Shown here: positions 41,527 to 56,019 of the stretch, piece after piece | How positions within the stretch are numbered: position 1 is the first letter of the stretch | How the letters are laid out: the number at the start of each line of letters is the position of its first letter | NCBI GenBank assembly: GCA_918797485.1 | Contig: CAKKNE010000001.1 | Span: forward strand, 2,294,001 to 2,358,000 | DNA length: 64,000 bases | DNA from: Pelagomonas calceolata | Taxonomy: Eukaryota | Direction: 5' to 3' | Notes under the pieces: model-generated | Databases searched by the model: none | Seen by the model: the letters and a program-made list of their open reading frames with translations, nothing else | Told to the model about the DNA's origin: nothing | Program-made: the position numbers and the translations under genes

Positions 41527-44500
41527 CTAGGCCGTCAGCTCCATGATCAGCGCGACGCCCGCGAGCGTCCACCGGCCGGCCGCACTCTTCGTCTTCAGGT
41601 TCGCGCAGAAGACAAACGTGGGCCCGCGGAATTCGGTCTTGTAAACCGGGCACATGTACATGTTGCCGAAGTCGGCCTTCTCCGCCGAGAGGCCTCGGAT
41701 CGACAGGACGGGCATGCCGAAGAACATCTCCTTGGGCTTGCTTCGGTCGATCGTCGACGCGCCCGTGTCCCAGCGCGCGCCCTGCATGTTGAAGCCGCAC
41801 ACGTAGGCGCCGTCTCGGCTGACGGAGTCGACCTTACTATGATCTTCCCACTTCGTCACGTCCGTGAACGTCACTAACTTATCGAGCTCCCACTGGTTCT
41901 TTTGCGCCGCGACTTGGTTGACCGACGTGAGGAACGACTGCGGGTTGATCAAGTAGGACAGCCACGTGCACTTGGGGATCTCCGTGGGGTTGCCCGCCCA
42001 CTCTTCTAATTGCCCTAAGCGAGCCGTAAAGTTCGCTAACCACCCGGAAAGCGCCTTCATCGAGGCCCAAGAAATCTTGGACCACTTCGGCGGCACCTCG
42101 TCCATGAACAACGCGTCGCACACGGCCTCCATGGCGTCGCTCATCGACAACTCGCCCTTGAAGCCTAGTGTTAATTCTTTCAATGAACGGACAATCTCCG
42201 CCAACAGGCGGTTCATGACCTCCATCTCCTGCAGGAACGAGTTCTGGAAGGGGCCCTTGTCGTCGAGAGACGCATCGAGGTCGTCAATGTCGAACTTCTT
42301 CTCGCCGAAGCGCTCCATGATGTCATCAAGCTTGGCTGCGGCGACTTCCGTGGGCGACATGCCGCCGCCCTCGTCGTCGCCCGCGGATCGAGGCTGCAAT
42401 TCCACTAACGTCTTGAACATGCCTTCACTCTGCGTCGTTCTGAAGTCGATCTCGGCGTTGGGGTGCAAGCCAAAGGCCACGGGAGTGTCAGAGGTCAAGG
42501 TAGCATTGATGTGCTTCAAATAATTATCATAGGAAGTCGGCGCGGGGCACATGAACGAGACACCCTTTTCCTCCTCCGAGTAGGGGTACATCTCCGTCTC
42601 GTCCAACAACTCGTCCTTCATGAAGAAGTCGAGGTAGACCTTGCACGTCAGGCGATCGAAGTCGTTCACGATGTGGCCGCCGTACATGATCTCGCCGAAC
42701 AAGTACTTCAGGTCCATCCAGGGGATCTTGCCTCCTCCGCTGTTCTCCATGTAGTTGCTCAAGATAACTGCTGAGTCTCTTAAGTCACCCACGGCAAACG
42801 GGTACATCATGTTGTAGCCCATGGGACCATACAACTTGCGCTCCATCATCACGGCGTGGAAGTGGCAGAGTCCAAACAAGATAGATTTCGTCTTGCTGTC
42901 GAGCTCTTCGAAGGACTCCTTGCTGAAGAAGCAGAAGGCTCTGACTAAATTGGCTTTCAGGCCGCCCGGGGGCTCGTTCGTGAGCTTGATGCATCGGTTC
43001 AGGATACCGATCGGGATGTTCTTGGCCGGATCAGATGATAGGAACAATCTGAAATTATCATGGGAATGATCGCCAAATGAATCCAACTTCTTCTCCAGTT
43101 CTAGGAGCCATTTCGGCATCAAATGGATGTTGTTCAGGATCACCCAAGAGCCATTGCGATGCGCTGATTCCAAGTAGGACATGGCGATGACGTCCTGGCC
43201 CTGGCCCATGGAGACATTAAAATAATTCTCGCCATTGACGAAAGGAGGATCCTGTTCCGCGGCGATCTTATCGAGATCGGCCACGACGTCCGCACCCGGC
43301 GACAAAATGAAGTAAATGGGCGTCTGCGGCGTGCTATCCGCGAGAGACTGCCTCAGAATCTGCACAGAGTTCAGCGTCGAGTCGCAGTCCACATAATCGC
43401 CACCGGCGGGCATGGTCGTTCGCAGGAAATTGGCCAAGTGCGAGACCATGCGGTCCGGTCTGAGAGAACGGACGACGAGCATCTTCTTGAACGCTTTATC
43501 TGGCCGATCTAGTTGCGACCAGTCGAGCGGTAGCTTCTCGGCTTCCGGCGTGGCGTGGTTGTACCACTCGCGGAAGCGCGGGGCGGCCTCCACGAGATCC
43601 GCAGGCAACTTGCCAAAATCATCGAGATCAGCTAGAGCTTGGCAGGCCTCCCAGGCCGGTCGCGGCAGCCATGATTGTAAAGGATTCTCGTCCGAGGCCT
43701 TCTTGGGCCCCTTCAACAAGAAGTCGAACAGCACGGGATCAATCAAATTATCTTCGCCGAGCGTGCCTCGCTTCATCAATCCGAACGTGATGACGGACAA
43801 GAAGATGAGCTTGTGGCGCGTGAACAAGCCTCTCGCGACCCAGGTGAAGATCGTCATTCTCAGACTGGTGACTAAATTGGCGACGCGGTCCTCGATCTTC
43901 GGGGCCGCGGTAGCCTTCGCGATGGACTTGAGGAAGAACGTAACGAAGGAATCCAACGAGTACTGGTACATGTGGTCCACGGCGCACATGCGCGTGAGCA
44001 TGAAGTAGAGCATGGCGCCCTCCGACGCCTGCTTGCGGTAGACCTCGCGCGCGACGGAGATGCCGGCCGTGACCTTCGCGCCCTCGGCGAGAGCGGCCTG
44101 GATCTCCTTGGACGTCTTCTTCGTGGCCTCCAAACCTTCGATGAGCGGAATATCACTTAGAATATCATCAGGGGCATTGGCCAGTCTCTCGAGCAACTGG
44201 TCCTCCAAGTCCAGTAGTTGGATCTTGTATTGGGTGGCTTCCGCATTGAGTCGTTGTGTTTCAGCTTCGAGATCAGGTCGTTCCTCCCCGACGGTCTTGG
44301 CCAGCAACTGGTCCTCGAGACCACGCTCGGTCGCGATGAAGTTGATCAGCGTACACTGCGCGGCAATCTCGGGCTTGTAGTGGGGGTTGTCCAAGCGCGT
44401 CTGCATGTAGAGCGAGAAGGCCGGATCGTAGTTCATCTCCTCGCCGCCGAACTTGATGTACAGCGACGAACCCTTCTTGTAGATCGCCCTCGATAAGACC

Positions 44501-47500
44501 GGATCCAGCGTCGCGTCGATCTCCTCGCCGAGGTTCTCGATGATGACGCACATGCCGTCACTGATACCGCCCCTCATAGCTCGAATCCAATTTTTCTGTG
44601 TTAATAAGCAAGGCACAAAGCCGTCCTTCTCCTGCTTCTGCTTGAGCCACTTGATGCCCTGCACTTGCGGGTCGATTATCAGAGGCCATCGTTTACAACA
44701 GGTAATAATAGCGCCATTCTCCGTAGAAATGCGATCCTCCGGCAGGCCCTCGCCGACCATGCGCGCGACCTGCGAGTCCGTCACGAGGATCGGCAGCGGG
44801 TCGACCGTCTCGCTCATCGGCACGCCGTTCTGCTTGAGGTCCTCGAGCCACGTCGTCTTCCACAACGCCTCCCGGTTCTTCTGGTCGAACGCACCGACAT
44901 ACGACACAAAACCCGCGGCGACCATACAGTCGCCGATCAGACAATTCGTCGAGACCTTCATCTCCTCGATCTCCCGGCCCCAGCGCTCGTTCTCCGACGC
45001 GAGACCGCCCACTAATCTCTCCGCTAGACCAAGCTTCTCCAAGCAGGCCTCGGCCATCTCCTCGACCTCCTGTTTCTCAGCAGTAGCCGCTTCGAATTTA
45101 TCCTGCAAGGCTTGCAACTCGTCCTCGCACCTCTTCACCGTAGCCTGAGCAGCAGCCAGAGATTCATCGGCAGCGGCCTTCGACGCGTTCGCCTCGTCTA
45201 ACGCGTCCATGAGGGGTTTTACTTTCACGTAGATCCGGTTGAACCCGTAGATGTTCACGACCCACGTCCATAAATTAGCAGCAGCGGCACTTTTCTTCTT
45301 CATCGCGTCGACGGTCATCTCGGGGTCGTTCACGAAGACTTCAATTTTCGGGATCTCGTTCTCGGGCATCGTCCTGCCGTCGTACTCCTGGAGCGTCGTC
45401 ATGAACGCGTCGACGTTGCCCATCATCTTCTTGGCCCGGTCCCACTTCAGGTGCTGCTTGTACTCGTGCTCGAGCAAGATGAGACAGCAGGCCGTCACCT
45501 TTTCCACGCCTGCTGGAGGCTTCGGTAGAGACTTGAGCTCACCGAGCATGTTCTTGGTCAAACAAGCCACGGCGTCCGCCGCGGCCTGCATGGCCGGCTC
45601 GGCCTCGGCGAGCTCGGCCTCGGCCGACGTCTTGACTTCCAGAGCTGCCGCAGACGCAACACCTGCTTTCTCCGCTTCTATATTAGCGGCCGCGCCCTCC
45701 TTCTCGGCGATGTTCCGCGAGATGCCCATCTCGATGATGAGCGCGTCCGTGGCGCTCTTCTTCTCCTCGACCATGACCATGGTCCTTTCTAGGTCGATCT
45801 TGAGTTCCGCGACGTCCGTTGACGTTTTCTTTAAAGTAGAAAGACCGACGTCCAACCGATCGATCTGCCGCTGGATGTCCTGGCGCTTCTCGCCGAAGAC
45901 ATATTTATAAAAGCCGATCAATTCGAGATACGACTTGGGCGTGACGTAGTTGTACCGGCGCTGCGTCTGCGCGTACTTCGCGGACGCGTCACCGACACTG
46001 AGATGTTCGAGGGCCATGTGTAGAGCTAGTTTGCCCTTCAACGATTCATCTTCTAGTTCCACATCAGCTAAAAAGCGGTTCGCGACACTCACCAAAGCCT
46101 GATGAGGCCAGGGGTGGAAATAATCAATAGCGGTACAATTGATCAAACCGGGGAACCTTCTAGCACGAATCCGGAAGGTGTCGCCCACCGGCGAGAAAGC
46201 TAATACGAGCTTGAAGCGGATCCGGAACTTCTGGATCATATATGTTTGGGCATCATTAGGATCATCGGGATTTAACAGCGGCGCGTTCGCCTTCATCTCG
46301 TTGCGCAGCGAGCCCGTGATGGCGTCCAATTCATCCTTCGCTAGGAGGTCGCTGACCCATCCTGCACTTAATAAGGCATTAATATAGATCAAGAATCGGT
46401 CATTGACGATCTGCGAATCCGTCATCAGCAGCACCATGGGCGTATCTTTCGAGCAGCAGAGCGTGTAGAACAATTTGATGTCCTCCTTGAAGTCGTTCTC
46501 GCTGTATGCTGATGTTACCTCTAACTGTTTGGTTTCATACCCACAAATAAATGCCGCAAGTTTCGTGAGGGACTGTTTACCACTACCACCAACACCAATG
46601 AGCATGGCGTTCCCGGCGGGGTTCGAGATGATGCGCGCGATCCTTGAGATGTGCGACATCGCGTCGTCAAAAAGGACCAGGTCCATCATCGCATTACTTT
46701 CATTGTATTCCACGAGTTTCGCCTCGAGCACTTTTGATAATTGTGCTAAATCATCAATCGGGCGGTAGGCGCCGTCCGGCTCGACTGCCGTGAACGTCGT
46801 GTAGATGTTCGCATGTTCGGCGTCATTCAGTAACACATCGGCACTTACGCCTTGTTTTTTGAGGTGGTCCGCGTGGCACTCGCCGATCATGTCGTCGATG
46901 ATTTTGGTCTCGTCTATTGTTATTAACCTGTCAGCTAAGACACGGCGACATTCGTGGCACCACAGCTTCGCGAGCGCATCGCCCGTGCCGTAGTATTTAT
47001 CTTTGGCCAGACACATGTTCTGGAACAGGTTCGTCATCTCGCGCATGGTCCAGAAGTAGGTGAAGCGGACAGACGTAGGTAAGAACTTCGCCGCGACCTT
47101 GTCAATTAAACCGATCGAGGCCGACACAATAAACGGCGCCGTCTCCTTCGCTTTCTTGTCGAAGCGCTCGACGTGGCCGTTGAAGATCTGCTCGTAGATG
47201 GTTTGTAAGTCGGTGGTCGAGGGCATGGCGCACGAGAACGTCGCGAATTGGATCTGGCCGCGCTCGCAGATCTCGAAGCTGCCGGACGTGGGATTCATGG
47301 CCGTGATGATCTGCACATCCACGATCTCCTTCCTAAATCCTAGGTCGGCTCTATCGAATATGGTACCGTGTTGCAGCAATTGCGTCAATAACGCGATGCT
47401 ATTCTGCGTGCCGTACGTTTCGATGTACGGCAGGTTCAAATCATCGATGAAGTAGATCAACTTTTTTCCGGTCGGGGGGCCGAACATCCTGCCCGCTCGC

Positions 47501-50500
47501 TTGTCTATCGGTAGCTCTAAATCTACCTGTAACTTGGCGCTATCCGTAAAGTAGGACATCACTATAGAGTATGATAATAAACCGTCGGTGTCCTTGTCCA
47601 AGCCATTCAAGTACTTGTTGATCGTCGCCGTCTTGCCCGTGCCCGCCGTGCCAACCAACATCACATTTCGGCCTCGTCTCATCAAAACATCAATTAAGTA
47701 CTTCGTACGTTTGCTATCGACGGTCTCCACGTTCAGAGCCATGAATGCAGTTTCTCCAGGCCCAGAGCCAATGGCCTCGGGCACGTACTTCTCCAGGGAA
47801 TCCCTCCAATGAACGTGCTGATCGGTTTGCGAATCGAAGTAGTAGTCGAACACATCACCCTCGGGCGGGTAGAGCACGGTCGGAAATGTTTGTTTAAAAT
47901 CGTCCGAGAACCGCTTCCGGAAGTCCGTCTGCTTGTCGATGATCATGGGCCCGCCGAAGGCCCAGATGTGGCAGAACACATAAATTTTTTCCATGAGTTC
48001 TAAAGTCATGTCGACTCCTGCCGCCGCGTCGAACTGGGCTTCTAGGAGATACACCGTAGTTTGCACTTGGTTCATGAGGTAGATCGGCGTGCACTTCTTG
48101 AAGCCTTTTCTTGTCATCGCCGCCGTCGAATCGACGTACTTGTCGAAGAGGCCGAGGAGGTTCTGCGCTTCTATTTGCGTCATGAGCTCCGCTTTTTCTC
48201 GATCAGCGAGCCACGTTTCCACGAAAGGTCTCCACCCAATATCGGACTCGTTGATGTACAAAATACCGGCGCGCGAGACCGTCGCCGGCGTCGCGTTCTT
48301 CAGACTGTTAATTTCGAAGACCATGCGCATCGCGTCGCTCAAGGGCACGCGTTCGTTCGAGACGAGCGTCAGCACCTTGTTGTCGTCCATGACCGTGTTC
48401 ATGGACTCGATCCAGACCGCGTCGATGTCGCCATCTAAGACGGCCCATTTATAGGTTTGATATTCATAAAAGCTTTGTTCGGCGAAGTTCTTGGCCATGC
48501 CCCGCATAATAATCGACAGACAGCCGTCCTTCCAGTCTTTTGAGAGGGTCATATACCCATAAAGCTCGTCGCCGGAAACACTTTTCGGGTTTACGGTCTC
48601 GTAGACGCAAGTTTTTTTGGGCTTGTCCAGGTTGTGCGTGCCCGCGAGGCACTTCCAGATCTCCGTCTTGCCGCAGCCCGCCGGGCCCAACAACATGACG
48701 CTGTGGCGCACGTCCAGCAGCTCCTGGAACTGGCACGTCTTCAGAATGAAGATGTCATCATACTGAATGCCCGTGTCGTTCGCGACGCGCACGATGCGCT
48801 GCTTGAGGCCCTCGTCGACTTTTACTGGTACCTCTAAACCCATGAACAGGTCCGAGATCAGTCTTAAAAAGATAGGAGTATCCACCGCCGGGATCTTCGG
48901 CGTGTTGAAGTCGCGCAGCGCGCGCATCAGGATCTGGGCCTCCTCCAAGTCCGGCTCGGCGCGCTTCATCTTGCCCGCGACTCTCAATACTGATTTGACA
49001 GCTCTCAGACCCCAGTCATAATGCGCCTGCTTACTCAAAAGTTCACCGCTCAAAGCATAGAGAGTGACGAACTTAATAGCTAATTTTTGAGCGGTTTGAA
49101 AACCTTCAGACATCAACATGTTCTCGCAGATGGGTTTCAGGTCGGGCCGGATCATCGCGCACGATCGGAACAAGGCCTTCAGATTTTCTGGTAGGGGCGT
49201 ACGGCCGGCATAGCCGGGATTCATGGTAATCCAAAAACCACAGGTGGGAATGAGGTCGATGATCGTCCCGAAGAAGTCGAATTTCCCCACTTTGTTGGGA
49301 GGCGTGCCCGCGCTCAAATGCTGGTACTGCTCCTCTCTGCGACTCGGTACGGCGTACTTGACGATCGCGTCTTGTACTGTTTTCACTTGGGTGGCTACCA
49401 CAGATAACACCTCGATGCTAATGCGGTTGAACTCGTCGAAGCAGCCCCAGGCTCCTGTTTGTGCGAGACCCCGGAAGATGTCGGCCATGGACTGGTAGTT
49501 CATCTGATCCGAACAATTGAAGACGTAGCACGGCAAGGCTAACGCTCTGGCTAAGTCCTTCGTCGTTTCCGTTTTACCGGTACCCGCAGGACCGGCCGGC
49601 GCGCCGCCCAGGAACAAGCGCAGCCCCATCGTCAACGTAATGTAACATCGGTCCGTGAGGGCCGTGATGACCAGCCGCCCGACGTTGCCCGTCCACTCGT
49701 AGAAGTATTTCGTCTTGAAGTCGCCTGCGCGGATCGTACCATCACGAAACGGCTCAAAATAAAAAAAAAGACCACTCACGACCTCGTCTGATCCAGACGC
49801 GTCGCGTCGATGGCGTAAGGTTCAATTCACACCGCGTACGCACAAATTCTTATATTTACGTCCATGACGTCGTGCTCCCAGTAAAACCTGAGCTGCTGCT
49901 GCCACATGAAGGCCCCCGGTCCTTCTATTTTACTATCGACCATGAGTTTGAGCACGTCGCGGCCGTGCACGTCCATCGTGATGAACGTGATGATCTTGCA
50001 TCTGTCACCCGACGTGAGTTCTCCTAATACCAACTGGATCAAGTGTCCTAGTCTGGTAAGAGAGTTCTGGTAGGTCAGCTTCACGGCGTCTTCCTTGCCA
50101 CCTTCCAACTCCTCTAAAGCTTGCTCCGTCTCTTCGGTCCAGTAGATCAACGAGCCCGTGAGCACGACTTGCGCGGGGTACTTGAAGCACCATTTATGTC
50201 TAGGTAATTCCTCGGAGGTCTCCCAGTTCACGCCATCTTCGATGCCCTTGAGCATCTGGTGGCGCAGCGTGACTTGCATCGCGTCCGTTAACCGGTTCAA
50301 GTAGAGTTCTACTTCTCCTTCCATGGTAAACGGCTCGTGCATGGGGATGCGTTCCCGATCTTTTGCCACCATGATGTCCGCCGTTTTATTGGATTCCTCG
50401 CCCGTCGCTTCGTCCTTGATGAAGATGAGGTTGGCGAGCGCGTCGTAGCAGTCCCCCAGATACGGCATGATCTTCCGCGGGTTCGTGCCGTTGGCCAGCA

Positions 50501-53500
50501 TGTCTAACAACGCCACGGCACTGACGAAATAAAATCTAGGGTAGATGGCTTTCTTCACGTCCAAGTACTCGTTCAATGCCCGCTGGCACTTATCCAGACC
50601 TTTCTTCATCTCTGTTAGAGCCTGCTCCTTCCCATCGACGTTACACGCATTTATAACATTAAACTCCGTGCAACTTTCCTGCATCATGGCCTTGAACTCG
50701 GCGTCGATGCCCTCAAAAATCTTCGTCACGTCCGACAGTGAAGCTCGGATGTCCGCTGACGACAAGAAGATCGATTCGAGAGCAGCCCAAGAGCGAGAAA
50801 CCTTCTCCCACACACCAATGGTGGACTGGACGTTGGACAGCTTGACCTGCCACTCCTCGACGCCGGCCTTAAAAAACTCGACGAATTTCCCCATGCCGAG
50901 CATGGTTTGTAATTCCAGCATGTGCGCATCTAACGCTTCCAGAACTTCTTCTGATAACGAGATGAGACTGACTTCCGTGGCCTTGTGGGGCCGGTAGTCG
51001 ATCTGGAACTCCTTCCACGCGCCGGAGATGTCCGCGAGCTTCTTTTCTATTTTCTTTTCTTTTTGCGCCGTTTCGACCACTTCTTGCACCTCCTCGACCC
51101 TCGTATGTAGTTTGAGGGCCATCATGTCTCCTAGTGAGAAGCCTTCGGCCGTCGGTTCGACCTTCGCAACACTACACACTCTTGCGAGCGCTTTCCAGTG
51201 CCTATTTTGCAAGGCGTCACTATGTAAGTCGTTAATCAACGGCAAGACGATCTGCATGTTCTTGATGGCGTCCTCGATGTCCCGGAAGACCTGCCACTGC
51301 TTGATTATTTGATCATTATTACCGTTCGCTCGCAGAGTTTTTAGTATGGTTTTATTCTGACTCTCGAGTTTATCCGTGTCGACCGCATCCCAATCACACC
51401 TTTTCCAGCCATCATACGTGAACATGACCATGGCCTTGAAGTCCCACAGGGCCCGTAGCAATCGTAGCTCCATGAGCGTCTGCGGTAGTTCCGGGTATTT
51501 CGACACGGGCAACTCAAATAATTCTTCTTGTTTGTTGAAGTCCGCCGCTCTCGTCGCAAAGTCCTCCAATTTCTTCGCGAACACGTCGATCTCGGCATAG
51601 GCCTCCTCGGCGGTGCCCTGGTGCGCGAAGGGCGCGTTCCCGCGGAACTCTCCCCTAAAAGCTCTCATTTCTTCATAATAAGCGTTGAGCTCCTCCTTGA
51701 GCTTGATCTCCTCCTGCATCTTGATGGGCGCGATCGCGTCTTTTTTGGCGTATTTTGACTTGACAATGCCTTCCCAGATCTGGGGGGCCTCATCTAAATA
51801 ATCGGCGACGACTTTGGACTTGGACAAGTCCGGCGGCCCGTCGGGCACCCAGTCGTCGGGCTTGCCCCTGGCCTCTCGTCGTCGCACTTCTCCTTTCGAC
51901 GGAATTCGTTCGCCGCCCATGTCGACCTGGTGGTGGCGGAGTAACGCCAGGCACTCCTTGAGCGGGGGGAACATGTCCATGGTAAACAATTCGGCCTTTG
52001 TGGTCTCCAAGATATCCCTCATGACCTGCCGCAAGTTGCCGACGTTTTCTCCATCATCCACGGGCATCGCTAAGCCCTCTTCCACTTGGATCGTGAAGGA
52101 GTCGAACCTATCCAATGTTGATACGAGATGATCCCTCAGATAATCCGTGTGCATGTCCTTCCAGACTAGACTGAGATCTAACAAGCTATCTTTTATGGGT
52201 TGGGTGTTGCACCTCAACCATCCGACGTCGGCGGGAGATTTGGCCCTGCCTACTCGTTCAGCTATATCAAGATACTTGGTGATGGCCGTGTCATATTTAG
52301 CTAAATCTAGGTACGTAGCATGTTCTGTTTCTACAAGAGCGTCTGACGTGAACTCCTTAAAAAATACTTCCCTATCAGTAGTCCACAGGAAGCTTAACTC
52401 ATCAAATTGTCCGCGCAACTCCAGGAGCATCCTTTCATTGGTATCTTGCGTATCTTCAATCACGGCCATCAACAAGCAGACGTCGGGGTCGGTGTGCATC
52501 TCGCGCATGTACGTCCCGTCGCAATCTAACCGTTTAAATAAAGTAGCGACCTGGAAGAAACTCGAAACCCAGTTGTTCGAGATGTCGCGCAGGCCCTTGC
52601 CGTTCTCCGTGCAGCCTATTCTAGGTGTGAATCTAGGACCCTCCTCTACTAAGTCGAGTGTAATTTCAAGCATGGGCAGTAACGAAGCCTCAGCAATATG
52701 TTCTGGATCAATTTGATCTAAGAAGAACTCGAGGGACACGGTAATAACACCGGCAAGACCGTCCACGACGATGTTGTTGATGAAATCGATGTACGCGTGC
52801 CAGTCGAGCGACGCGTTGCTGACGCGTAGCATCTTGTTCGTGTCCTTGAGCATGCGCTCCACCTCCTTGCCGCCCTCCTTGATGTCCGCGTACCTCTCCG
52901 ATTTCGCTTTTTTGAACACTCGATCAAATTCGATGAGCTCGACCGGTTTCTTATCTCGCTCTAATAAAGGTTTCGAGGTCCAGCGCTCCATGATCTCGTT
53001 CGCATGGTCCAGGTTCGCCTTCATGCTGCACGTGTATTCATCTACAATATCTACAGCAGCCGTCGCTTCAGCAATATATTCGTCTCTCTTAGTTTTCTCT
53101 AACTCGTCGCCGTGCGTCTCCCAGTTTAGAGTTGTTAAGCCTTCTTCCGCGGCGATGTCAAATTTATCCAAGTAGGGCTGCATCAACGGTTTTTCCACCG
53201 GCAGCAACTTGGCCAATGACCCGTTGTGCTTCGCGACGACCATGTCTAATTTTTGCGTCCAGACTCTAAAGGTTTCGACCTGGGCATAGATGGCTAGGGC
53301 CGATTCGGGCACCTGCAGCTCCGCTAGCAGGAAGTACTTCGTCTCTCGGAGGAGTCGAACGAGCGCCGGATCGAAATTCACACTAATATAATGCGTTGCC
53401 TCGTCCCTCGTTAACAGAGGGAGCGAGAGTTTGACGTGCGACGACGCCTCCACGTCGCGGCCCCACTCCTCGATCTTCTGGGACTCGTACTCCTCCAGAG

Positions 53501-55340
53501 AAGCTTTTAACGTCGAGTAGACCTTGGTCACCTCCTTCGCCTCTTCCCGGTCCAGGACGGACTTGTCGAGCTGCACGAGCTTGTTCATCGGCACGCGCAC
53601 GCGGTCGAGTAGTCCGCGGCACCAGGTCAGGGCGCCACTAATAGGAGGGAGGTTCGCGGCGACGGGCGGCTCGTCCCTATAATGCAAGAACAGCTCCTGG
53701 ACGACCTTCAAGTCAGAGCCGAAGGCCTTCACTAGTAACACATAGCGCTTCTCCAATTCATCTTGGATCGTAGGCCTCTCTAACAAGCCATCAAAAGTAT
53801 CAAACACGCGGAAGCGACCATAAACGGTAGAGCAGTCATCAAACCCCTGGCAGACCACATTACCTAATCTCCGCTCCAGCTCCGTGATGGTCTTTCTAAA
53901 TGATTTAAAGTCGCTCTCGAACTTGCTCTCGTTGATATCGAGAATCTCGTAGCCCACGCCCCGGAACCTCTCGACGGCGCCGTTGAAGTCCGCGAAGATG
54001 GCCTCCACACTCGCGGTGAGGGCTTTACCTTTCGTGCCGCCGACCTCAATTCTACCAAGCTTCGTAAATTGCACTACGGTTTGTGCAAAATCCAAGACGT
54101 CGTGGCACCGCTCCAAGAACGCGTCGAGCCGCGAGAATAGAGCATTATTTTGTATGCGCCACTGGTTCGCGGGGCACTCGGCGTCGGCCGTTCTCTTATA
54201 TTCTTTGTACGTGGCTTTGAAGGAGCCGCAGACTCGTAACAACGTTTTGATCTCGACCACAGCTAAGTGCGTCTCTTCCGCGTCAATCTTCTGGAAGATC
54301 GTCTCGCCACTCACGTAGTTGCAGGCCTGTTCGATGATCGAGTTGCAGACCTCGCGCATGAGTACCACTAATCTTGCGGGCGTGTTGTAGTGCCGCGAGT
54401 TCTTCCAGATCAATAACACGACGTGGAGCATGGGCTTGAACAGGTCCTCGCAGGCCGGGAAGTCCTCCGCACTACTAAGCTTGTCGAACCAATCTTCTAA
54501 AGTTCTGAGAAATTTTACGTTGTCGTTCGCCTCGAGGCGCGCCGTGTACACTTCTTTGCACAGTCGACTGAAGGTCGTGCAGTACGTCGACTTCGCCAAA
54601 TCTAAAGCTCTGAGAACGCGTCGGATGCGCGGCGACTGCAACTGGTCGAAGATCGCATTTAAGTTATTCGCTTTATGGCGCCAAAACGTCAATTCCACGT
54701 CCGGCGTGGGATCCTGGCCGTCTTTCAGGGCCTGCTCGGGGTCCTGCTTGAGGACGGCCTTGATCTGCTTCGTCCAGGTGATGACGGCGCCCTCCAGTAA
54801 CCCAACGCGGTTCTTCACGTTGACGGATTGGGAATCGTCGGGCGGCATCGGCAGGCGCGTCTCGCCCTTCACGTGGCCGCACATGATGGTCGTGCTGTTC
54901 AGGAACGCGACGAACTTGTCGAGGATTTCTCTGGTGGCGACCTCGCCCCACTTCCGCTGATTCAAGGGGTTGCTCAGGACCGGTAGGAAACATTCCGAGG
55001 CCAACAGTTCCAAGTGCTCCACGGGAGCGGCACCCTGCAATTCGGTCATCACCAAGACCGACGGGTCGAACTTCTCCTTGGTCAGGACGACCGGCGCCGC
55101 TTTGAGGAACGCGAGACTCTTGCCCTTGTTCGCGAGCTTGGCCGGAAAGCCCGGTTCCAATTTGCAGTTCGGCGCCATCACCAAACACATGGCCGTGTCC
55201 TCGTCGCAGAAGGCCTCCAGTCGATTCAGATTATCTTCATTCAAGAAGCTCTTGAGGAACTTCGCGCGCTCGAGGCCCAGCGACACCGTCGCGTGGGTCA
55301 CGACGTACTCGAGGCGGGGGTCGCCCTCTTCGAGAGGCAT
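41527..55340 (-). CDS. Axonemal dynein heavy chain (outer-arm type); 2 exons (55340-49844, 49724-41527), ~4564 aa
   Basis: GPAGTGKTET, WGCFDEFNRI, HYDWGLRAVKSVL, GPAGCGKT, GTAGTGKT, GVGGSGKQSL and C-terminal CPVYKT. Confidence 0.95.
49725..49843 (-). other. GT-AG intron, 119 nt, containing ACGCCATCGACGCGAC
   Basis: t|GTGCGT...GCGCAG|gc gives VNIRICDFKTKYFYE. Motif at 49801-49816 on the minus strand. Confidence 0.9.
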
Positions 55341-56019
55341 CTTCGTCTCTGAGTGCCCGCTGCGCTCGCGGCTGCTCCTTCGACAGGAGGCGAGCTAACG
55401 CTCCGTGCGGTTCCTAGCCGCTGGCTCTCCGCTGCCGGTTGCGCTGCTCCGCACGAACGCCTCGGATCCTGCGCGACCAGGACCGGGGGCAGCTCCTGCG
55501 TCACAAGCGGCCACAGCTGTTTGCGGCGCTGCCAAAAACAGCCCCGGCCGCGGCGTCTACACTTACTTGCAGTCCTAGGCTACATTTTTTTTTCTTGGGG
55601 TTTGCGACGCGTCCCGGCGCCGCCGGGGGCTGCCCCGATGTTTGTTTGGGCGCGGGGCAGCCCTTTGCCAGGCGTCGGAGTTCCTCGCACCCAAGCGTGC
55701 TCGCGGGGCGTGGTGCGGCTTCAATCCCGTGGGAAAGCTCCCGCCGGCTCGTTTCCGGGCGCATCCCAGGTGCCCTGAGGCATTCCTACGCGTATTCTAT
55801 CAAGGCTAGTACGTCTATACTTTTAGACATTATCGAGAACTGAACGCACGGCCGGCAGTTTTACATCGGCGCTACTTCGCTATTTGCACGGCTCGCGGTC
55901 TCATTACAGCTTCTCGTGCTGCGCATCGATCCTGCGTGCACGCTGGCCTGCGCAAAGCTTGCCTTTTTGCATCTAGCATCGAGCAGCACACTGCATCACG
56001 CCGTCGCCGCGTCATCAAA

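Noticed and set aside
49725..49843. Apparent split or frameshifted dynein (likewise SulP, RPT2 and the b5 fusion) suggesting pseudogenes or programmed frameshifts
   Set aside because: Each break is explained by an intron that restores the frame and plausible or conserved residues.
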